Source: Eledone cirrhosa (taxonomy: Eukaryota). From it: a DNA stretch of 64,000 bases. The stretch's first letter is position 1; every line of letters starts with the position of its first letter. Location: the NCBI GenBank assembly GCA_964016885.1, contig OZ024740.1, positions 434,868,001 through 434,932,000 on the forward strand. Reading direction: 5' to 3'. Below the pieces are notes generated by a model, which saw nothing but the letters and a program-made list of their open reading frames with translations, was not told the DNA's origin and searched no databases. Positions 55,407 through 64,000 of the stretch are shown here, in pieces. A program made the position numbers and the translations under genes.

Positions 55407-55437
<31 letters not shown>

Positions 55438-55493
55438 TGGACATCATAGCCTCTAATATATATATATATACACACACACTGGACATCATAGCC

Positions 55494-55538
<45 letters not shown>

Positions 55539-55541
<3 letters not shown>

Positions 55542-58520
55542 GGACAACATTGTGACGGCTACGACGAAATCCATGGAGGCTATGGGTTTGGTACTAGAAA
55601 TGAGGAAGGCTCCAGAATCCTGGAATTCTGTGATGCAAATAACCTAACTATCTGTAACACTAACTTCAAAAAACGTGACAATCACCTGATCACCTATAGA
55701 TCCGGGGAACACACAAGCCAGGTAGATTATATCCTTACCAGAAGACGTGACAGAGTGTCTGTTGTAAACACTAAATCCCTCCCCCATGAAGAATGCACCT
55801 CCCAACATAGACTGATAATTAGCGACCTCATAGTCAGGACGAGACGTACTCGACAGCAGAAGAGGACTATCCTCAGGAGAAAAATATGGAAGCTAAAGGA
55901 CCCCACAGCCAGGAATAAATTTCAAAGCATATTACTTGATGCTTTCGACAGTAAGGAAGAACATTTAGAGTCGGACAATATAGAGGGAGAGTGGGAATTT
56001 CTGAAAGCAAACCTGCTGTTGGCGACAGACGAAGTCTGTGGCTGGAGCAGGCCTGTAGGCAGGAGGAGAGTAACATGGTGGTGGAACAGTAAGGTGGAGG
56101 GGTCAATTAAGGCCAAAAAGCAGGCTTGGAAAGTATGGCGGGATGGGGGAAGTAGAGAAGACTATCAAGTGGCCAGGAGGGAAGCTAGGAGACAAGTGTA
56201 CTTAGCAAGAAGGGAAGCTGAGGAAAGAAAGTTCAAGCATGTTCTACAACGCGATGACCAAAAACGTGAGGTGTTCAGGATTGCTAGGCAATGCGTCAAG
56301 GAAAACCGTGATATTGTCGGGGAGAAGTGTGTACTAAACGACGATGGCACACTTGCCATCACCGACGCTGATAAAAAGGTAGCTTGGAAGTGTCACTATG
56401 AAAGGCTACTAAATGAGGAGAATAAATGCGAGAAAGACAGTCTCCCCCATATCGACCCAATAGAGGGACCAGCAGTGTTAGTCGAGGGGAGTATAATAAG
56501 TAAGGCAATCAAGGATATGAAGACGGGTAAGGCGGCTGGGCCTTCGGAAATAGTTGCTGAGATGCTGAAGGCATCTGGCACGGTGGGACACACCATGGTC
56601 ACCCGCATAGTTAACCAAGTCGTACAGAATGGGGTTGTTCCGAAGGACTGGCATAGCAGCATCATCGTTAACTGTTATAAGGGTAAAGGAGACGCCCTAG
56701 ATAGGAGTAACTATAGAGGCATTAAATTAATCGACCAGGTCATGAAGGTCACGGAAAAAGTAATAGCGCAACTAATCAGAGAGAGAATTGACCTAGATGA
56801 AATGCAGTTCGGGTTTGTGTCAGGCAAAAGTACCACAGACGCTCTTTTCATAGTACGACAACTACAGGAGAAGTACCTAGCTAAAGGTAAACCCCTCTAC
56901 TTAGCTTTTGTCGACTTGGAGAAAGCCTTCGACAGAGTCCCCCGCTCCATTATCTGGTGGGCTCTTAGAAAACTAGGCGTTGACGAATGGCTTGTGAGGG
57001 CTATACAAGCCATGTATAAAGAAACAGTCAGCAAGGTTAGAATTAACAACGAATATAGTGAAGAGTTTAGCGTAAAAGTTGGCGTCCATCAGGGCTCTGT
57101 TCTCAGCCCCCTACTATTTATTATTGCCCTTCAGGCTATAACAGAGGAGTTCAAGACAGGCTGCCCATGGGAACTCCTATACGCAGACGACCTGACACTC
57201 ATAGCGGAATCAATGGCCGAGCTAGAGAAGAAATTCCAAACATGGAAGCACGGCCTAGAGTCAAAAGGACTTAAAATTAACCTGGCTAAGACCAAAGTTC
57301 TAGTTTGTAGGAAAGAAAACAAGGCGGCGATCCCTTCTGGGAAATGGACGTGCTCGGTGTGTAGGAAAGGCGTAGGTAGAAACTCCATTTTATGTCCTAA
57401 ATGCAAAGTATGGGTGCATAAAAGATGTAGTGGGATCACAGGTAAGCTAACTAAGAACATAGATTTTACATGTGGCCGGTGTTCTGGTGCAATAAGTAGC
57501 AGCAAGTGCCCAAAAAATACTAGCTCTTTCAATTGCGCAGAGGGTTCTATAGAAATAGTGGACAGCTTCCGTTACCTGGGCGATAAAATCAGCAGTGGGG
57601 AGGGTGCTCTGAAAGTACTGTAGCTAGAGTCAGAACTGGTTGGAAAAAGTTCAGAGAGCTTATACCACTATTAGCTGCTAAAGGGTTCTCCCTAAAAATG
57701 AAAGGCAGGTTGTACGATGCCTGCATACGAACAGCAATGCTGCATGGCAGTGAGACCTGGGCATTGTGTGCAGAGGATATACGCAGACTAGAGAGGAACG
57801 AAGCTTGCATGCTCCGCTGGATGTGTAACAGTAATATACGTGAACGGCAAAGCATAAACGAACTAAGGAAAAAATTAGAGTTAAGAGGGATCAGATGTTG
57901 TTTACTCGAGAGAAGGCTACGTTGGTATGGACACGTGATGCGCATGAAAGTCGATAGCTGTATAACAAAGTGCAGGGCAATAAAGATAGACGGTAGTCAC
58001 GGAATAGGCAGACCTAGAAAAACCTGGGACGAGCTGATAAACTCCGACATCACACACTTACACCTCTCCAAGACAATGTCACTGGACCGAGACCTTTGGC
58101 GGTACTCAGTAACAGAGAAGACCCGCCTTACCTAAATATATAGTAAAACCTACTCCAGCCAGTAGGCATCTCTAACAAAATACACCCCGTCCCACCACCA
58201 CCACCCCATCCACACCACCCCGTTCTATGTAAAGTTATGTTGGTGCCGCGCCATCCAGGCCGAAACAAATAAGATCGTGTAGGTGTCACGACAAAAAAAC
58301 ACACAGTCCACGCTGTAATGTGGCCGTGTAGGCAACACGGTAAAAACCTCCCAGACCCACACTGTAAATGTGGTTGGTGTTAGGAAGGGCATCCAACTGT
58401 AGAAAACCTGCCAGACAGTCCTATGCGAGCAAGACAATCACTCTTGCCTCAAGTGGGACTACCCCCGTCCAAACCCATGCAAGCGTGGAACACGGACGTT
58501 AAACGTTGATGATGATGATA
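55539..58520 (+). mobile_element. RTE-clade non-LTR retrotransposon, 5'-truncated within the AP endonuclease, with one frameshift
   Basis: The frame is open from 55539 (VGQH..GFGTRNEEGSRILEFC..NL..NT.F..ITY.SG...QVDYIL, the APE C-terminal half) through the RT motifs (NYRGIKL, QFGF, FVDLEKAFD, GVHQGSVLSP, YADD) to 57623. It resumes in another frame (ARVRTGWKKF..GSETW..RRLRWYGHVMR..GRPRKTW) to 58135. The 3' UTR ends in a (GAT)n tail, and the element is inserted in (TA)n. Confidence 0.95.
57351..57482 (+). other. PHD-type (C4HC3) zinc finger inside the RTE ORF2
   Basis: CSVC-x10-CPKC-x4-H-x2-C-x14-CGRC, located between the RT KTKV motif and IEIVDSFRYLG. Confidence 0.8.
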
Positions 58521-58527
58521 TAAGAAG

Positions 58528-58562
<35 letters not shown>

Positions 58563-58669
58563 AAGCTATATATATATATATATACACACACACACTGGAC
58601 GACATAGCCTCTAAACAACACCAACACCAATTACCAAATCTGTGAGTAAAGAAGAAGAAATCTACTCAC

Positions 58670-58825
58670 GTCTTCAAGTTCTTTAATTTTAACTTTCATA
58701 TCTTTAATCACAGCAGCTGTTTCATTATCTTTTAACCGTACTGAAATCAGCTCTTCCTGTAGCTGCTGTACTAAATGTTGAGCAATCTTATCATCAAGTA
58801 CAGTGGCTACATTGATTGATTCAGT
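58670..58825 (-). CDS. EVI5: EVI5-like coding exon: TESINVATVLDDKIAQHLVQQLQEELISVRLKDNETAAVIKDMKVKIKELED
   Basis: 156 bp open, phase 0, tttcag/gtgagt splice sites. Contains an LQEELxxVRL coiled-coil repeat typical of EVI5. Confidence 0.88.
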
Positions 58826-59569
58826 CTGAAATGGAGAAAATACAAATATTTAATATAAAATAAGCAGGATTAAAGTCATTGTTGCGGGAAATAAACTATA
58901 TTGACATATTACAACTCAATATTCACCAGATATGTGAGTTTATATGAGCCAAGACACATTCAAACGGTCAACTGCCTGTAACTGTAGGTATACACTTACT
59001 AACACACAGAGTTGAAAAAGGGGATAAAGTTCCATACAAAACAAAGGTTATAATTAAAAAGTGAAAGTCCGACAGAATGAATAACTTTATAATTGTTGTA
59101 TCCCCGGCATGTCTCTATATTAACCAAGGGTCTATGGGAGATGTCACTTATCTAACTACTATGAGTCACAGAGTACCCAACACTCTTGGCTATCTACTAT
59201 TCTGGGGAGTTAAGGAAAAGAGAAAAAACCATTTCACATCATAAGACAGTAATTTATTTCAGGTAATTTCTGTACAGAGTCTGAAGAAAAGAGGGCTTCT
59301 TAAACTGAAGTTATTTTACTGTTTAGGCAGATCTGTATTCAGTAGGTTGATATTTGAGAGAGAAACTGCTTAGCAGAAATTGTAAGGTCCTAGTGAGTGT
59401 GGAGGTATTTAAGTTGAATGTTAATACTGCCAGTGTGAGTGGGTGTGGTTGTGTGAGTGAGTGAGTGTGTAAGGTAGTGTGGTTGTGTGAGGTAGTGTGA
59501 GTGTGTGTGAGGTTGTGTAAGGTAGTGTGAGTGTGTGTAAATAAAGAGAGAGACAATATAAATACTTAC

Positions 59570-59740
59570 ACGCTCCTTTATCTCAGCAATTAATTTCTCA
59601 GCTTCATGTAACTTCCTTTGTGTTTCAAGTAACTGTTGTTTTCCTGATGCCAATTGATTTTTGAGTATAAATGTTTCTTCAGCTTCCTGAGCTCGAGTCA
59701 CTTGATCTTGGATCAACTTATCTGCCAGAGATGCTGATTC
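59570..59740 (-). CDS. EVI5: EVI5-like gene, coding exon (first in window): ESASLADKLIQDQVTRAQEAEETFILKNQLASGKQQLLETQRKLHEAEKLIAEIKER
   Basis: 171 bp, phase 0, tttcag acceptor and gtaagt donor. The peptide matches the ESASLADRLIQGQVTRAQEAEE motif that follows the TBC domain in EVI5 proteins (recalled, not searched). Confidence 0.9.
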
Positions 59741-59952
59741 CTGAAAATAAACAATAAATAAGGAATTAGCATGGACAATGGACATTAAATGACGATGATG
59801 ATAACCTGAAAATAAATGAGATTCTTGTAATGCAGATCTCTCGCTTGTCCAGGAGATCAGTAGCCCCGTTTCAGTACTGACTTGGTCTATATAGACCCAT
59901 CCAACCCTTGCTAGTAGGAAAGTGAGTGTTAGGATGATGAAAATAACAGTCG

Positions 59953-60447
59953 TAATAACATGGTAGCAAGACACAATACCATATATGGTGACATTGTAGA
60001 AATAACATGGTAGCAAGACACAATACCATATATGGTGACATTGTAGAAATAACATGGTAGCAAGACACAATACCATATATGGTGACATTGTAGAAATAAC
60101 ATGATAGCAAGACACAATACCATATATGGTGACATTGAAGAAATAACATGATAGCAAGACACAATACCATATACTTTAAAACCTCCATATTTCCCGAGAT
60201 TCGCCAACACTACACCTAATGTTCCCCCTCCATACACATATGTATATCATGACTCATACACTATTCACTTCCCTGACATTTGTATATTATTCTATGTACT
60301 ATACATACACCTTTGACGAGTTGTAGTGCACCTGAGCACTTTACACAATAATTTCATTAATATTATTATATGGTGACATTGTAGAAATAACATGGTAGCA
60401 AGACACAATACCATATATGGTGACATTGTAGAAATAACATGGTAGTA
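59953..60447. repeat. 47-bp minisatellite, about 6 copies, interrupted by an insertion
   Basis: AATAACATGGTAGCAAGACACAATACCATATATGGTGACATTGTAGA. Confidence 0.9.
60172..60368 (+). mobile_element. Probable LINE 3'-end fragment interrupting the 47-bp array
   Basis: About 195 bp of unique sequence splits one repeat unit at ccatata|tatggtgac and ends in an (ATT)n-like tail. Confidence 0.5.
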
Positions 60448-60859
60448 GCAATATCTGAATTTTAGATGACATCTTCTGTTAAGGGTAGGTGTTCCATCAC
60501 CTACATGATAAAGGGACTTTTATTTATTCGATAAATTTCAATTCGGTTATATAATGTTTGCAATGACAAAAAGAAAAAGAAAGGAAAAAAATTAAATAAT
60601 GAAAGAAAGGAAAAGGTTTAGGGGAAGGGAAGGGAGAAATGCAATGTTTAAATAAAAGAAGAGAGGAAAAAAAACTGTGTGGAAACTTAAGAAGGAATAC
60701 CAAACAGTGCTAAAAAAAACAAAAAAAAACAAATCCTCGTTTAAAACAGAATTAGATTCCTTCTATAGGAAACAGAAGGAACTGTTGTTTAGTTGATCTG
60801 GTCAACTCTGAACAGTCCTATGATATGTAGATATCAAACATTTAAAGATTGGCTCAGAT

Positions 60860-61125
60860 ATGCTAATGTAAGATGACAAAACCAAACAGTTAAACCAACC
60901 TTTATTGAGGGCTGTATTATACTGTAAGGTGACACAACCAGTTAACCAACCTTTACTGAGGGCTATGATATAATGTAGAGTGACAAAACCACAGTTACCC
61001 AATCTATATTATGGGCTTGATAAAATGTAAGATGTTAAAACCATACAGTCAACATCTACTGATAAAATGTAGGGTGACAAAACCAAAAGGTTAACCAACC
61101 TTTACTGAGGACTATGATAAAATGA
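60860..61125. repeat. Degenerate ~52-bp tandem repeat
   Basis: Recurring aaccaacctttactgagggctatgata.aatgtagagtgacaaaacca. Confidence 0.6.
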
Positions 61126-61275
61126 ATTCATTAACGGGCCATGAAAAAACTAAGTTAACATTCATACATGATAAGAATTAGTTTTATAATGAACACGTTA
61201 GTGAATTCTCTGAGCTTAACTATTTGAACATATTCTATATTTAAGATTTAGGACAAAATATGGTCCTCATTTTAA

Positions 61276-61492
61276 CCTTTTTGTTACCCTATTTCTAACA
61301 AAAGCTCATGATTTTCAAATGATTTCGAAAATAATCAACAATATGAAGTGTTTTAGTCTTATAATTAACTTATCCAGTATTGAGCTGAGGTTTGAAACAA
61401 AGGTTCTTACAATTATGATGGCAAGTTTTTAAATTAATATATTTTGTATCACAGAATGAGGGGAAGTTTCATGTTGTTTGGTATCAAAAGGG
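61276..61492. mobile_element. piggyBac-like MITE (different family)
   Basis: TTAA|CCTTTTTGTTACC ... GGTATCAAAAGGG|TTAA. Confidence 0.65.
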
Positions 61493-61547
61493 TTAAACAT
61501 GTCAGAGTTATTGCTACATTGATCAGATGGAGTGTCTGTATACATCC

Positions 61548-64000
61548 ATAGGTGGCGCTGTGGGAAACTGTTTTAATAGAACCAACTGAAGTATATGATA
61601 GGTGGCGCTGTGGGAAACTGTTTTAATAGAACCAACTGAAGTATATGATACGTGGCACTGTGGGTAACTGTTTTAATGGAACCAACAGAAGTATATGATA
61701 GGTGGCTCTGTGGGAAACTGTTTTAATGGAACCAACAGAAGTATATGATAGGTGGCACTGTGGGTAACTGTTTTAATGGAACCAACAGAAGTATATGATA
61801 GGTGGCGCTGTGGGAAACTGTTTTAATAGAACCAACTGAAGTATATGACAGGTGGCGCTGTGGGTAACTGTTTTAATGGAACCAACTGAAGTATATGACA
61901 GGTGGCGCTGTGGGTAACTGTTTTAATGGAACCAACAGAAGTATATGATAGGTGGCGCTGTGGGAAACTGTTTTAATAGAACCAACTGAAGTATATGATA
62001 GGTGGCACTGTGGGTAACTGTTTTAATGGAACCAACTGAGGTATATGATAAGTGGCGCTGTAGGTAAATGTTTTAATAGAACCAACTCAGGTATATGATA
62101 GGTGGCGCTGTGGGAAACTGTTTTAATGGAACCAACTGAAGTATATGATAGATGGCGCTGTGGGAAACTGTTTTAATGGAACCAAATGAAGTATATGATA
62201 GGTGGCACTGTGGGTAACTGTTTTAATGGAACCAACTGAGGTATATGATAAGTGGCGCTGTAGGTAAATGTTTTAATAGAACCAACTCAGGTATATGATA
62301 GGTGGCGCTGTGGGAAACTGTTTTAATAGAACCAACTGAAGTATATGATAGGTGGCGCTGTGGGTAACTGTTTTAATAGAACCAACTGAAGTATATGATA
62401 GGTGGCACTGTGGGAAACTGTTTTAATGGAACCAACTGAAGTATATGATAGGTGGCGCTGTGAGTAACTGTTTTAATGGAACCAACTGAAGTATATGATA
62501 GGTGGCGCTGTGAGTAACTGTTTTAATAGAACTAACTGAAGTATATGATAGGTGGCACTGTGGGAAACTATTTTAATGGAACCAACTGAAGTATATGATA
62601 CGTGGCACTGTGGGAAACTGTTTTAATAGAACCAACTCAGGTATATGATAGGTGGCGCTGTGGGAAACTGTTTTAATAGAACCAACTGATGTATATGATA
62701 GGTGGCGCTGTGGGTAAATGTTTTAATAGAACCAACTCAGGTATATGATAGGTGGCGCTGTGGGAAACTGTTTTAATAGAACCAACTGAAGTATATGATA
62801 GGTGGTGCTGTGGGTAACTGTTTTAATAGAACCAACTGAAGTATATTATAGGTGGCGCTGTGGGTAACTGTTTTAATAGAACCAACTGAAGTATATGATA
62901 GGTGGCACTGTGGGAAACTGTTTTAATGGAACCAACTGAAGTATATGATAGGTGGCGCTGTGGGTAACTGTTTTAATAGAACTAACTGAAGTATATGATA
63001 GGTGGCACTGTGGGAAACTGTTTTAATGCAACCAACAGAAGTATATGATAGGTGGCGCTGTGGGAAACTATTTTAATGGAACTAACTGAAGTATATGGTA
63101 GGTGGCGCTGTGGGAAACTGTTTTAATAGAACCAACTGAAGTATATGATAGGTGGCGCTGTGGGTAACTGTTTTAATAGAACAAACTGAAGTATATGATA
63201 GGTGGCGCTGTGGGTAACTGTTTTAATAGAACCAACTCAGGTATATGATAGGTGGCGCTGTGCGTAATTGTTTTAATGGAACCAACTGAAATATATGATA
63301 GGTGGCACTGTGGGAAACTGTTTTAATGGAACAAACTGAAGTATATGATAGGTGGCACTGTGGGAAACTGTTTTCATGGAACTAACTGAAGTATATGATA
63401 GGTGGCACTGTGGGTAACTGTTTTAATAGAACCAACTCAGGTATATGATATGTGGCACTGTGGATAACTGTTTTAATGGAACCAACTGAATAATATGATA
63501 GATGGCGCTGTGGGAAATTGTTTTAATGGAACCAACTCAAGTATATGATAGGTGGCACTGTGGGTAACTGTTTTAATGGAACCAACTCAAGTATATGATA
63601 GGTGGCTCTGTGGGTAACTGTTTTAATGGAACCAACTGAAGTATATGATAGGTGGCGCTGTGGGAAACTGTTTTAATGGAACCAACTGAAGTATATGATA
63701 GGTGGCGCTGTGGGAAACTGTTTTAATGAAACCAACTGAAGTATATGATACGTGGCACTGTGGGAAACTGTTTTAATAGAACCAACGCAGGTATATGATA
63801 GGTGGCGCTGTGGGAAACTGTTTTAATAGAACCAACTCAGGTATATGATAGGTAGCGCTGTGGGAAACTGTTTTAATAGAACCAACTGAAGTATATGATA
63901 GGTGGCGCTTTGGGAAACTGTTTTAATAGAACCAACTGAAGTATATGATAGGTGGCGCTGTGGGAAACTGTTTTAATAGAACCAACTGAAGTATATGATA
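61548..64000. repeat. 50-bp satellite, at least 49 copies, running off the window end
   Basis: GGTGGCGCTGTGGGAAACTGTTTTAATAGAACCAACTGAAGTATATGATA in tandem. Confidence 0.99.

Noticed and set aside
59390-60237. 255-aa and overlapping ORFs
   Set aside because: Only 59570-59740 is a real exon. The rest reads through the 47-bp repeat and intron.

Overview
AT-rich animal genomic DNA. The SINE and RTE repertoire suggests a coleoid cephalopod such as Octopus, which is my inference. The minus strand carries the 3' eight coding exons (about 429 aa, all phase 0, canonical GT-AG) of an EVI5/EVI5L-like coiled-coil Rab-GAP gene, spread over about 59 kb. Its TBC-domain exons should lie beyond position 64000. 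Roughly 60% of the window is intronic tandem repeat: unrelated 40, ~30, 59/62, 46, 52, 39, 47 and 50 bp arrays plus low-complexity tracts. These explain nearly all the long ORFs in the ORF track. Also present are a young, 5'-truncated RTE-clade LINE with a PHD finger inserted into ORF2, tRNA-derived SINEs sharing that LINE's 3' tail, and piggyBac- and Tigger-like MITEs. The most notable features are small foldback elements in (TA)n tracts that carry hammerhead ribozyme cores of the Penelope/retrozyme type. Two of these cores look structurally complete (19125-19181 on +, and 38898-38961 on -, which is sense to the EVI5 pre-mRNA). There is no CRISPR array and no prokaryotic system.
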